Shown here piece after piece: positions 19,346 through 29,307 of a stretch of 64,000 nt of DNA. The notes under the pieces are model-generated. The model did no database searches. It was not told the DNA's origin and saw only the letters and a list, made by a program, of their open reading frames with translations. A program made the translations under genes and the position numbers. The first letter of the stretch is position 1. Every line of letters begins with the position of its first letter. Origin of the DNA: an uncultured Lentisphaeria bacterium (lineage in GTDB: Bacteria > Verrucomicrobiota > Lentisphaeria > Victivallales > UBA1829); NCBI GenBank assembly GCA_949282305.1, contig CASDPB010000055.1, positions 27,324-91,323 on the forward strand, read 5' to 3'.

Positions 19346-21192
19346 TAGTGAAAATGAAAGATGTGACTCTGCTCTGTCTGGAGCGGAACAGGAGTGAAGC
19401 GCTGGAAGCCCTGCGCGATCTCGGCGTCATGCACGTTAAACAGCTCGGGCGCGTGGAGTCCGACGATGTGGCAGGTCTTACCCAGAAGATTACGGATGCG
19501 GTCAAGGTCTACAATATCCTCAGCGGGCGCAAGGTTTCCGGCGAACCCGGAGAAAGCATTGCTCCGGAGAAGCTGGTTTCCGAAGCTCTGAAGCTGCTGG
19601 ATGAAGAGGCTTCGGTCACGAAACAGCGCGAGAATCTGCTCAAGGAGATGGAGAAACTGGCTCCGTGGGGCAATTTCGAGCCGGAGACGGTCCGGAAGCT
19701 TCGTGAGTCCGGTGTGTATGTCTATTTGTGCAGCTCTTTCAAGAGCGACTTCCCGAATCTGTCGTTTCCTGCGGATGTCGCGGTCAAGGTGATCAACCGG
19801 GGCAGAAACGATGTCTGCTACATGGTGGTGTCGCAGGCTCCGATTGATCCTGCGGAACTGCAGACGGTCCAGCTTCCCGATATTTCGCTCGTGAAATTGC
19901 AGGCTCTTGTCCGGAAAAGTGACGACCGGCTGTCCGATATTTCAAGGCAACTGGACGTGCTTGCGCTTTCCTGCAAGTGTCTGCGCGAATATAAGGAGTC
20001 GCTGGAAAAGGACCTTGAGTTTGCGCAGAACCGTGACGGCATGACCGAGGAGGGCGAGATTGCTTATCTTCAGGGATATGTCCCCGTGACGGAAGTGGAG
20101 AAACTCCGTGCGGAGGCGCTGAAACAGGGCTGGGCGCTAAAAATCGAAGACCCCGCAGAAGATGACGCGAAAGTGCCGACTTACATCAAAAAGCCGAAAT
20201 GGATGAGGATTATTGATCCGCTGTTCGACTTCATCGGCATTGCCCCGGGATATCGTGAAAACGACGTTTCGCTGTTTTTCCTGATTGCGTTTCCGATCTT
20301 TTTCGGAATGCTGATCGGTGATTTTGCCTACGGAGTGCTGTTCATGACGACGGCGTTTCTCTGCAAGTATCTGTTCCGTAAGAAAGAAGCGGCGCAGATG
20401 CCCTTGAACCTGCTGATTCTGCTTTCCGCGTTTTCCATTATTTTCGGGCTTCTCCAAGGGGCATGCCTTGGACTGCCGCGCGAGATTCTTCCGGCGCCTT
20501 TGAAAGGGCTGGACTTCCTTGCCGATCCGAAGAACAGTCCGTCGGCGTGCGAACTTGCCGAAAAGCTGAATATCGCGGACCCGATGGATCTGAAGGACAA
20601 GTTTATTCAGTGGTTCTGCTTTCTGCTTGCCGCCCTGCATCTTTCCTCGGCGCGTCTTTACAAGACGATTACCGAGATCCGGAACTGGCGCAGCTGGGGC
20701 AACCTCGGGTGGGCGTTCCTGATCTGGGGCAATTTCTTCACTGCCGTGAACCTGATTGTGTTTCCCGGGACGTTTCCGCTTTATTTCGGACTGGGATTGT
20801 ACGTGGTAGGAGTCCTGCTGATTGTCTTCACGATCTCCGGAGAGGCGGCGTTGAATCTGCCTTTCTCGATCATCGGCAGTTTCGTGGACGTGCTTTCCTA
20901 TATCCGTCTGTTTGCGGTGGGGCTCTCCGGGGTATACGTCGGAACCTGCTTCAATGATATGGGGGGCATGGTGATGGATTCCCTGCCGCAGCAGCTGGTG
21001 GTGGTCGGAATTGCAGGTCTGATTCTTGTCGCGGTCTGCGGACACGCACTGAACATTCTGCTGGGCATCATGGGCGTGATGGTTCATGCGATCCGTCTGA
21101 ATACGCTGGAATTCTCGAATCACATTGATATGCAGTGGGCGGGCATCAAATACCGTCCTTTCGCCAAAGAAGATAAATCGGAAATTCAATAA
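19342..21192 (+). CDS. ntpI: V-type ATPase subunit I (a-subunit, stator/proton channel)
   Basis: MIVKMKDVTLLCLERNR start with an ATGA overlap onto subunit D. Soluble N-terminal half, a multi-TM C-terminal half, and the conserved IRLFAVGLSG (essential Arg). Confidence 0.85.
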   Translation: MIVKMKDVTLLCLERNRSEALEALRDLGVMHVKQLGRVESDDVAGLTQKITDAVKVYNILSGRKVSGEPGESIAPEKLVSEALKLLDEEASVTKQRENLLKEMEKLAPWGNFEPETVRKLRESGVYVYLCSSFKSDFPNLSFPADVAVKVINRGRNDVCYMVVSQAPIDPAELQTVQLPDISLVKLQALVRKSDDRLSDISRQLDVLALSCKCLREYKESLEKDLEFAQNRDGMTEEGEIAYLQGYVPVTEVEKLRAEALKQGWALKIEDPAEDDAKVPTYIKKPKWMRIIDPLFDFIGIAPGYRENDVSLFFLIAFPIFFGMLIGDFAYGVLFMTTAFLCKYLFRKKEAAQMPLNLLILLSAFSIIFGLLQGACLGLPREILPAPLKGLDFLADPKNSPSACELAEKLNIADPMDLKDKFIQWFCFLLAALHLSSARLYKTITEIRNWRSWGNLGWAFLIWGNFFTAVNLIVFPGTFPLYFGLGLYVVGVLLIVFTISGEAALNLPFSIIGSFVDVLSYIRLFAVGLSGVYVGTCFNDMGGMVMDSLPQQLVVVGIAGLILVAVCGHALNILLGIMGVMVHAIRLNTLEFSNHIDMQWAGIKYRPFAKEDKSEIQ

Positions 21193-21224
21193 ACAAATCA
21201 AATAGTAAAAAGGAGAATGTCAAG

Positions 21225-21770
21225 ATGTTTCTTGAAATGATCGCAAACACAACGGCGGCAGCTGCCGCGACAACGGGCATGAGCGAACAGGCGAAGTTCA
21301 CCATGCAGCACCTTCAGTATCTGTTTCAGGCGCTGACTTACGCCGGAGCCTTTGCCGCAATCGGCTTTGCGGCAATGGGTTCCGCCTATGGATGCGGAAC
21401 CGCGTGTTCCGCCGCAGTCGGAGCGTGGAAGAAGTGCTACTCTCAGAACAAACCGGCTCCGTTCCAGCTGCTGGTTTTTGCGGGTGCTCCTCTTTCGCAG
21501 GTCATTTACGGCATGATTATCATGTTTGTCATCATGGGCAAGCCGGAAGTGACACAGGCCGCATGGGTTGTCTACCTGCTGGTCGGCGTTATCAGCGGTA
21601 TCGCGATGGGGATTTCCGCCGCATGGCAGGGAATTGCCGGAGCCGCCGCCTGCGATGCGTTTGCGGAAAACGGCAAGGGCTTTACCAACCAGCTGATGGT
21701 GCTCGGTATCGTTGAAACCGTTGCGATTTTCGTGATGGCTTTCTCTATCGTGCTTCTCGGCAAGATCTGA
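21225..21770 (+). CDS. ntpK: V-type ATPase proteolipid subunit K (double-hairpin c subunit)
   Basis: 181 aa, four TM helices, with a single carboxylate in the last helix (LGIVETVAIF). Confidence 0.85.
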   Translation: MFLEMIANTTAAAAATTGMSEQAKFTMQHLQYLFQALTYAGAFAAIGFAAMGSAYGCGTACSAAVGAWKKCYSQNKPAPFQLLVFAGAPLSQVIYGMIIMFVIMGKPEVTQAAWVVYLLVGVISGIAMGISAAWQGIAGAAACDAFAENGKGFTNQLMVLGIVETVAIFVMAFSIVLLGKI

Positions 21771-21780
21771 GTCGTATTGC

Positions 21781-21813
21781 AACTGCCGTATCTTGTGATA
21801 CGGCAGTTTTTTT
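21781..21813 (+). terminator. intrinsic terminator of the V-ATPase operon
   Basis: Perfect 12-bp stem aactgccgtatc/gatacggcagtt, 4-nt loop, then a T7 run. Confidence 0.85.
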
Positions 21814-21841
21814 GTCTCCTCATTAAAAACAGGTGGTTTTC

Positions 21842-22762
21842 ATGAAGATCATGGTTTTCGGCGGTACCGGATGGCTCGGGCATAACATCGCACTGGACTT
21901 CGTCAGGGGCGGATATGATGTGACAATCTGTTCCCGCGGCAGGAAAAATACATTTTTGGAAGAGGTCGCTTCCGTGAGAACTGTGTCGGCGGACAAAAGC
22001 GACGAGGCGGCGATGAAAGAGATTCTCTCCGCCCGTTACGATGTTGTAATTGACACTGTTCCGACGCTCCAGTCCATTGAACTGGTTTCCAGATATGCCG
22101 TCAGTGTGAAGCATTACATTCACTGTTCCTCTACGGGCGGCTATGCGCCGCTTCCTTTCATTCCCTGTGATGAAACGGCGCCCTACGGCGGTTTTGAAGG
22201 CGCTTCCGGCTGGAAGGCGAAGGCTGATTACGACCATGCCGCGCTTTCCCTTTTCACAAGCATCGGATTTCCCGTGACTGTGATCCGTCCCTGCTACATT
22301 ACGGGACCGGGCATGCTTCCTCTGGACAATCTCGGCGGCCGCCGCACGGATTTCATTCCGGATGTCCTCGCGGAAAAGACACTGGATCTGCCGGACAACG
22401 GTCTGGCGCTGCTTCAGCCGGTTCATGTAAAGGATCTGGCGCACTCTTTCCGTCTTGCCGTGGAGAATCGCCGTAGCATCGGGCAGATTTACAACATCTG
22501 TCTTTCCCATGCGGTCACTTTGAACCGGTATCTTGAGATAACGGCAGCCGCGCTCGGAAAGAAAGCGCACATCAATCATATTCCTCTGAATGAGATGCTG
22601 GAAAAATACGGAGATACGATCTATCCGATCGGCCTGCGTTTCCTTGCGACGCACATGTGCTTCAGCATTGAGAAAGCGCAGCGCGATCTCGGTTACGTGC
22701 CTCACTGCACGCCGGAGGAGGCGATTGAGGAGACGGCTGTCTGGGCAGCCGGGCTCAAATAA
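21842..22762 (+). CDS. NAD-dependent epimerase/dehydratase family protein (extended SDR)
   Basis: MKIMVFGGTGWLGHNIA Rossmann motif; about 306 aa. Confidence 0.75.
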   Translation: MKIMVFGGTGWLGHNIALDFVRGGYDVTICSRGRKNTFLEEVASVRTVSADKSDEAAMKEILSARYDVVIDTVPTLQSIELVSRYAVSVKHYIHCSSTGGYAPLPFIPCDETAPYGGFEGASGWKAKADYDHAALSLFTSIGFPVTVIRPCYITGPGMLPLDNLGGRRTDFIPDVLAEKTLDLPDNGLALLQPVHVKDLAHSFRLAVENRRSIGQIYNICLSHAVTLNRYLEITAAALGKKAHINHIPLNEMLEKYGDTIYPIGLRFLATHMCFSIEKAQRDLGYVPHCTPEEAIEETAVWAAGLK

Positions 22763-22826
22763 ATTGATTGCGGGGGGATTTTCTTCCCCCCTGTTTTCAG
22801 ACTGACACGGTTTCATCCCGGATTTT

Positions 22827-24947
22827 TCAAAGCGGCATGTTCCCGCATTCCCCGCAATCTTTGCCGGAGTATGCCGTGAACTTGTCTTCCTGTTTTTGAA
22901 GTTCCAGGATTTCGCCGTTTTCAAGACGGGGAATCTCGAAGCTCAGCAGTCCGTTTTCCTGCCGGAACGCGACTTCCTGGCCGTCGGAGGCGCGGATTAT
23001 CTTCCGGATGTTGTCCTGTTTCCCCAGACGGATTGTCATGCGGATGTCGTGCAGCGGAATATTCGGGAGTTCCTCCTGATAATTGACGATGCCGAGGAGC
23101 AGGGAAGCGGATGTCGTGCTTTTCAGCAAGGTGATCTCCGTGGAGTTCGGCAGATTTTCCGATTCCGTCACGAATGCCGGCAGGTGAGTCCGCAGAAAAT
23201 TCCTGCCGAATTCCTGCTGGCTGTGCCGGCGTATTCCGAGCAGATTGGAATAGAAGCGGAAACATGTTCCCCTGCCGTATTGATGTTCCGTCATGCCGGC
23301 GAAGACGGTTGTTTTTCCCGGCGGGTTGGAATGGATTGATGCGTAATGAACCGGATCGTTTACGGGAAAATCCGGCAGGTTGACGAATGCGTGAACCTTT
23401 GCCGTCGAAGCCGTGGCGAGCGGCGAGATGCCGTCCGACGAGAGAAAACGGTCCGGCAGCGCCAGATAACTGCATGTTTCCGTATCCCTGCCGCTGTCAT
23501 TCACACCGAATACATCCGCCAGAATGAAGTTCCCGCTGTATTGCCCCCCGCTGTTGAAGCGTGATGTGCTGCCCGTTGCGATGAAGAGTCCGCCGGAAGC
23601 CGTGAATCTGCGGAATTTCTCATATTCCGTATCCGGAAGGTAGTCCGCATTGGCGGCGATGAGCGCTTTCAGTCCGGAATAGTCCTCCGTGCGTTCCGTG
23701 ACGATCCGATAGGGAATATGGAGACTCTGGAGCAGATCCGCAATGCCGAGCAGTTCTTCGACTACGTCATTTTTGCGGAGTTCCATGTTGCCGCCGCCCT
23801 CTTTCAGTTCGCGCAGGCTGGTGCCGCTGCTCTGGCGGCTGACGCAGGAGTTCATGGAAAAGTAGACTCCGACTTCCGCGACCGGAACGGGATGATGGGA
23901 GGCGATCATGTTTTTGAACGGCGCCAGTTTTCCGTTCAGCACATGGAGGCGTCGGTAAAAGGATTCTTCCAGCGTGCCGTCCGGGTTGATTGCATCAATG
24001 AAGAAGTAGGCGCCGCCGTTTGCGAGTGTGGTCAGAGCATGAAGAAAAAGCTCGTCGTCCGATTTTTCTGAAGTGTGATCGTACAGCGTGACACAGCGCG
24101 AAGTCATGAATTCGAACGGCTTTTTTGTGGAATAGGCGTCGAACACTTTGACCGCCAGCCTCTGCTGACGTCTGCCGCCGTAGAAATCGCCCGAAGCATA
24201 ATCGGAAGCCTCTGCAATGCCGGCTGTCTGCCCCAGATACCAGCCGTGGAGCACCGGCGAAAACTGATGTGTCACGGTTGCATCCGGGCGTATTTGACGC
24301 ACTGTCCGCGTAAGTTCCTTTGCAAAATCAGCCAGCGAATTTTCACGAAAATGCTGGAATGCCAGCCATTGAGGCTCCTTCCAGTCGATTTTCTCGGGAA
24401 TTTCCATTCCGGATGTGCTGCGGAACTTCGCGCGGCACGCATCACAGCAGCAGATCATCGGCCAGAAAGTCATGTCGATGAAGATTCCGTCGACGGGGTA
24501 GTGCAGAATTTCCGCAAGCTGTTTCCGGTAGAATTCAAGGATGCGGGGATGGTTCGGACAGGAGAAATGGTAGCGCCCGCTGTGCGTTTCCCCGTTGATG
24601 TCGCGCATGGAGCATTCGGGAAACCTCTGCACGGAGTCGTTGTGGTAATTGACTGTGTAATAGGCAATCGGGACGATTCTCGCCGCTTTCAGACCGCGTA
24701 CCGTTTCACCGAATCCGTCGCGTCCTCCGAGTCCCCCGTGCATGTGCCCGGTCTGCGTCGGGTAATAGCAGTTGCCGTTGTGGTCGCAGGCGTAAACCAT
24801 GGCGGATTCCACGCCGGAAAGTTTCACGAGCCGGACATACTCTTCCGGGTTGAAACGACTCATGTATTCAGGTTTCTGATCCGTGATATGATTGTCGACC
24901 AGCAGTCTGGAATAGCATGTATCAATCCATGACATGATAATTTTCAT
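22827..24947 (-). CDS. putative glycoside hydrolase (GHL6 / GH42-like TIM barrel plus C-terminal domains)
   Basis: 706 aa. The N-terminal region (LVDNHI..., VESAMVYACDHNGNCYYPT, GIFIDMTFWP, CCCDACRAKF) resembles the hypothetical glycosyl hydrolase 6 family. This assignment is from memory and not verified. Confidence 0.45.
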   Translation of the reverse strand: MKIIMSWIDTCYSRLLVDNHITDQKPEYMSRFNPEEYVRLVKLSGVESAMVYACDHNGNCYYPTQTGHMHGGLGGRDGFGETVRGLKAARIVPIAYYTVNYHNDSVQRFPECSMRDINGETHSGRYHFSCPNHPRILEFYRKQLAEILHYPVDGIFIDMTFWPMICCCDACRAKFRSTSGMEIPEKIDWKEPQWLAFQHFRENSLADFAKELTRTVRQIRPDATVTHQFSPVLHGWYLGQTAGIAEASDYASGDFYGGRRQQRLAVKVFDAYSTKKPFEFMTSRCVTLYDHTSEKSDDELFLHALTTLANGGAYFFIDAINPDGTLEESFYRRLHVLNGKLAPFKNMIASHHPVPVAEVGVYFSMNSCVSRQSSGTSLRELKEGGGNMELRKNDVVEELLGIADLLQSLHIPYRIVTERTEDYSGLKALIAANADYLPDTEYEKFRRFTASGGLFIATGSTSRFNSGGQYSGNFILADVFGVNDSGRDTETCSYLALPDRFLSSDGISPLATASTAKVHAFVNLPDFPVNDPVHYASIHSNPPGKTTVFAGMTEHQYGRGTCFRFYSNLLGIRRHSQQEFGRNFLRTHLPAFVTESENLPNSTEITLLKSTTSASLLLGIVNYQEELPNIPLHDIRMTIRLGKQDNIRKIIRASDGQEVAFRQENGLLSFEIPRLENGEILELQKQEDKFTAYSGKDCGECGNMPL

Positions 24948-25054
24948 CCTGTTTTTTCTGTATTGTTTTCTGTTTCGCGCTTGCTGCGGCAGCGTTATTC
25001 CTCTACATTATTATAGATTCAGTTCTGGAAAATAACTAGAGGAGAAAATCATCA

Positions 25055-25960
25055 TTGGCAGCACAAAACATGCTTTCGGAACGATTCGGAGTGCTGAATA
25101 TTACGCCGGGGACGACTTATCACGGAAACTGGGTGTCCGGGAGAATAGAGCGCAACCGCCGGATTTACGATTATGAGTTTGTCTACTTTTCCGGCGGAAA
25201 CGGGCGTTTCATAACCGGGAATGCCGTTTATTACTGCCGGGCGGGGACGGTAATCATCGTTCCTCCGCAGACGGTGCATTGCACGATTGCCGATTCCGCC
25301 GTGGAGCGCTGGTGCATTCATTTCGACTGGTACGGCAATTGCCGCGCCCACCGTGAAAAGGAGCGTGTCTGGGTGTTTCTTGACGAGGAGGAGTCATTCG
25401 ACCCGGAACTTGCGGCGGCGCCTCCGGCGGAGAGTCTCGGCATGGTGTTTCCGTTTCATAATACGCTGCATGAGAAGGAGCGTGCGGTTCTGTCGGATCT
25501 ACTTGAACGTTTTTTCAATACGGTTCCCGACTCTCTGCCCGATTTTCTGCGGAGACGCGGTCTTTTTCTGGAAATCCTTGCCCTTGCCATGCAACGGGAG
25601 CAGCATCAGCTTCCCGTCAATGAGAAACTGAATCCGCGTTTTTTCCAGGCAAAGAGCATCATGGACGCCTCATTCGAGAATCCGCGCCTGACGATCCGGC
25701 AGGTCGCGGAGCGGCTCAGGATTACGCCGAATCATCTGACGAAACTTTTCCGGCATGAGACGGGCATGAGCGCTCTGGATTATGTTCAGAATCTGCGTTT
25801 GCAGCGTGCCGCGGAACTCCTGCGGGAGAATTCGCTGAACATTCAGGAGGTCGCGCTGGAATCGGGCTTTGGGGACCCGAATTATTTCACGCGCCTTTTC
25901 CGTCAGCGTCGCGGCATGACTCCGACTCATTTCCGGCGTATTCTGCAGAATATGAAGTGA
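25055..25960 (+). CDS. AraC family transcriptional regulator
   Basis: Cupin-like N-terminal domain and a C-terminal double HTH (IRQVAERLRITPNHLTKLFRHETGMS...GFGDPNYFTRLFRQRRGMTP). The TTG at 25055 lies 10 nt after GGAG; the ATG at 25070 is the alternative. Confidence 0.85.
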   Translation: MAAQNMLSERFGVLNITPGTTYHGNWVSGRIERNRRIYDYEFVYFSGGNGRFITGNAVYYCRAGTVIIVPPQTVHCTIADSAVERWCIHFDWYGNCRAHREKERVWVFLDEEESFDPELAAAPPAESLGMVFPFHNTLHEKERAVLSDLLERFFNTVPDSLPDFLRRRGLFLEILALAMQREQHQLPVNEKLNPRFFQAKSIMDASFENPRLTIRQVAERLRITPNHLTKLFRHETGMSALDYVQNLRLQRAAELLRENSLNIQEVALESGFGDPNYFTRLFRQRRGMTPTHFRRILQNMK

Positions 25961-25966
25961 ATTTGC

Positions 25967-26728
25967 TCACCGTTCATTCTCCGCAAGATACTGCGCGATG
26001 CTTTCCGATGCTTTTTTCAAATGGGCGAGAATGAGACGGTCCTGTTTTTCATTTGCATGTTCGGGAAGGGTGTAGACCCCCAGCGCTCCGGCGATTTCTC
26101 CGCCGGGGGCAAAGACCGGAACACTGTAGCTGTAAGTCCGGTAACGTTTGCGCAGTGTAATGCAATATCCCTGTCTGCGAATTCGTTTCACATCGTTTTC
26201 ATAATCCTCCCAGTAAAATTCCGGCATGCCGTTTTCTTCCATGAGGAGCTGCTGCCGTTCCGGCGGGGAAAAAGAGAAAATGACCCGTCCCGTGGCGGTT
26301 TCATAAAGGTAAAATCTGCGGACGGGATCCGTTCCGACACGGTAGATATCACCTCCGGGGCCGACGTTTACAAAAGTGGTCCAGACATTGTTTTCCAGGA
26401 TGATGTAGGTCATGCCCTCCTTGATCTTCTTTACATGCCGCAGCAGAATATCGGTCACATACGACTGGAAATGACAGGTCGCGGTCTGATTGCGGTAGGC
26501 GATCTTCCTGCACAGATAGCCGCTGGTGTAATGCCCGAAACCGTCTTTTTCCGCATAACCGCAATATACCATTGTCTTCAGCAGGTTATGAGCCGTTTTT
26601 ACGGAGAGTCCCTGTTTCTGCGCAAGCGTCTTCAGGCGCGCTCCCTGCGGGCTTTCAAACAGGAGAACCGACAGCAGATCCAGGGCTTTCTTCACAGCTT
26701 TGACCGGCACTTCGTTTTTTTTCCGCAT
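25967..26728 (-). CDS. IclR family transcriptional regulator
   Basis: Winged-helix N-terminus (VKKALDLLSVLLFESPQGARLKTLAQKQGLSVKTAHNLLKTM) plus an IclR-type effector domain. Start taken at MRKKNEV. Confidence 0.7.
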   Translation of the reverse strand: MRKKNEVPVKAVKKALDLLSVLLFESPQGARLKTLAQKQGLSVKTAHNLLKTMVYCGYAEKDGFGHYTSGYLCRKIAYRNQTATCHFQSYVTDILLRHVKKIKEGMTYIILENNVWTTFVNVGPGGDIYRVGTDPVRRFYLYETATGRVIFSFSPPERQQLLMEENGMPEFYWEDYENDVKRIRRQGYCITLRKRYRTYSYSVPVFAPGGEIAGALGVYTLPEHANEKQDRLILAHLKKASESIAQYLAENER

Positions 26729-26910
26729 AATCTCTCCCTGCTGTTTTTTGTCTACAATATTCCCTGAACGCTGTTTTTCAAGAACCCGATTTCCCATAAT
26801 AAGGGAAAATCTTCTTCCGGAATTGCTTTTGGCGGAAGACCGGAAATATTAAATACAGAGCAGGAAGATCGTTTGCAAATCAACCGGAAACAAAAGCGAG
26901 GCGACTGGAT

Positions 26911-29244
26911 ATGTTCAAGATTCTGATCCCGGAAACAACGGGAATTCACCGGACGGCGGCGGAAATTTTCGCCGGGTACTCACGGAAAATCACGGGACGG
27001 ACACCTGAGATCATTACGGCGGACGATGGGACAAGCGACCTTGTCGTACTGGGCAATGATGCGGAACATCCGTTCGTGCTGGAACTTCTTCTGGCGGGGA
27101 AGGCGGATTCGCTCGGGATCCGTTATGACAGCGATGACTATTCACTGACGAGCCTTCGTGAAAATGAGCGGAATCTTCTGCTGATCGCGGGGGGCAGGGG
27201 GCGTGCCCTGCTTTACGGCGTTTACGATTATCTGGAACGGTGCGGCTGTTCCTGGTTCTGGGATGAGGATTTTGTCCCGGAGCTGGACGAGCTGCCGCTG
27301 ACAGGTTTTTCCGTGAAGGAAAGTCCCCGTTTTGAATATCGGGGTCTGCGCTATTTCGCGCACCGCAGTCTCCATCGTTTCCAGGCGGAACATTGGAATC
27401 TGGAGGACTGGAAACGCGAAATTGACTGGATCGTGAAAAAACGTTTGAATTTCTTCATGCTCCGCATCGGCATGGACGACATTTTTCAGAAGGCGTTTCC
27501 GGAAACTGTGCCTTATCCCGACCCGGACCGGAGCACACCCACCGACATTCCCCGTTCCTTCAACGACCGCACGCAGTTCTGGTCTTTGGAAGAACGGGGA
27601 AAACTGCGTGCCGCGTTGCTGCAGTATGCCCGTGAGCGGGATCTCATGCACCCCGAAGATACCGGAACCATGAGCCACTGGTACAGCCGGACGCCGCAGG
27701 AGTTTCTGGACTCGGTCCAGCCGGAATTCATGCCGCAGGCGAACATGACGCAGTATGGAGAACCTTCCGGACTGGTCTGGGACATCCGTCAGCAGAAACA
27801 TCTCGACAACTATTTCAAGTTGACGGAAGCGCATATCGAACACTACGGTTCGCCGGAATTGTTTCATACCATCGGTCTTGCGGAACGCCTCTGCTACCGG
27901 GATCATGCGCGGAATCATCTGATGAAGCTCTATACTTACCGCAGGATCATCGGGAAACTGCGTTCCAGATATTCCTCCGCGCCTCTGATGCTCGCAACAT
28001 GGGATTTTATATGCCACTGGACGCCGGAGGAGGTGCGCAGTCTTGTCCGTGAACTGAATCCCCGGAACACTCTGATTCTTGATTATACTTCCGACAGCTG
28101 TGATGAACTGAATAATTTTCAGAACTGGAATCTGATCGGTAATTTTCCGTGGACGTTCGGCATTTTCCATGCGTTCGAGGCGAATACGGAGATGCGCGGC
28201 AATTACAATGTGATTGAACGGCGCCTTCCGGTCGCGGCGGAGGATCCGATGTGCAAGGGAATGATTTACTGGCCGGAAAGTTCCCACACAGACACCCTCA
28301 TGCTGGAATATTTTGCGGCGAACAGCTGGAATCCGGGGAATTTCCGCATTTCGGAGTTTCTGGAGGTCTTCTGCCGGAAGCGCTATCGGCAGGAGAGGGA
28401 ATACGCCGGGATGACTCCGGTATGGCGCGCCATGCTGCCGCTGATCCGGAGCAATTACTGGCGGCAGAATCAGCAGATGCCGATGAGAGGCTGTCTTTAC
28501 GTGGATTACTTTTTCCGGATTCTGGAACACACGATGACCGATCTGAATTTACGGCTGCTGGAAAATCATGAGGCAATCACAAAGGAGCTGAACGGGACGG
28601 TCCGGATTGCACCGGTGTGCATCCGGATGCTTGGCAGTCTGGATTATGCCTGCCTGAGCCGTCATGCGAAACGGGACTGGATGGATCTTGCGCGCTGTGC
28701 CGTTTCCCGGCTGTCCAACTTCGCGTGCGGGGTTCTTGCCTTGCGCATGGAGGCATGGCGGAATGGAGAGGAGGACGGCGCTTCGGTTTTGAAATATGCG
28801 GAACTGATCGGCGGGCTGCTCGAAAATGAAAAAATGCTTCTTGGCGCACATGAGGACTTTTCGCTTTATGCAAGCCTGCTCCGAATGCGGGAGAGTTACC
28901 GGACCAATCCCGGTTTCGAGTCGACTCTGAAGGGCAACGCGGAAAATATTTACTGCCGCAGTTTCATCTATGAACTGTTTGACGGTTGCTACATTCCGGA
29001 ATTCGGATGTTACCGCAGGTGGCTGGCATCCGGGATCTCCTCGGGAGACCGTTCCCCGTGGCGTTGTCCGGAGGCTCTTTTCCGCAGGGAAAAGAAACGG
29101 ATCGCCGACAGGTTTTACAATACTCCGCTTGCCTCGCTTGCGCCGGACCGGGAACATTGCATTGCCGCGCTGCCGAAAACGCTTGCTGAATTGGCGACAA
29201 TTGCGGACGAGCTGATCGCAGGTTCGGAAAAGATTCTTGCCTGA
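26911..29244 (+). CDS. GH89-like alpha-N-acetylglucosaminidase
   Basis: 777 aa. Segments LILDYTSD..., FPWTFGIFHAFEANTEMRGNY, GMIYWPESSHTDTLMLEYFAANSW and FLEVFCRKRY run colinear with NAGLU blocks ([58 protein letters not shown]). Confidence 0.65.
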   Translation: MFKILIPETTGIHRTAAEIFAGYSRKITGRTPEIITADDGTSDLVVLGNDAEHPFVLELLLAGKADSLGIRYDSDDYSLTSLRENERNLLLIAGGRGRALLYGVYDYLERCGCSWFWDEDFVPELDELPLTGFSVKESPRFEYRGLRYFAHRSLHRFQAEHWNLEDWKREIDWIVKKRLNFFMLRIGMDDIFQKAFPETVPYPDPDRSTPTDIPRSFNDRTQFWSLEERGKLRAALLQYARERDLMHPEDTGTMSHWYSRTPQEFLDSVQPEFMPQANMTQYGEPSGLVWDIRQQKHLDNYFKLTEAHIEHYGSPELFHTIGLAERLCYRDHARNHLMKLYTYRRIIGKLRSRYSSAPLMLATWDFICHWTPEEVRSLVRELNPRNTLILDYTSDSCDELNNFQNWNLIGNFPWTFGIFHAFEANTEMRGNYNVIERRLPVAAEDPMCKGMIYWPESSHTDTLMLEYFAANSWNPGNFRISEFLEVFCRKRYRQEREYAGMTPVWRAMLPLIRSNYWRQNQQMPMRGCLYVDYFFRILEHTMTDLNLRLLENHEAITKELNGTVRIAPVCIRMLGSLDYACLSRHAKRDWMDLARCAVSRLSNFACGVLALRMEAWRNGEEDGASVLKYAELIGGLLENEKMLLGAHEDFSLYASLLRMRESYRTNPGFESTLKGNAENIYCRSFIYELFDGCYIPEFGCYRRWLASGISSGDRSPWRCPEALFRREKKRIADRFYNTPLASLAPDREHCIAALPKTLAELATIADELIAGSEKILA

Positions 29245-29248
29245 AGAT

Positions 29249-29289
29249 AAAAAAGACACGAAGAGCTGGAAAACCGGTTCTTCGTGTCT
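29249..29289 (-). terminator. intrinsic terminator after the CBM9-like lipoprotein gene
   Basis: 11-bp stem agacacgaaga (29254-29264) pairs with tcttcgtgtct (29279-29289). The T-run appears when read on the minus strand. Confidence 0.6.
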
Positions 29290-29307
29290 CTGCAGCAGGG
29301 GAAGGAG

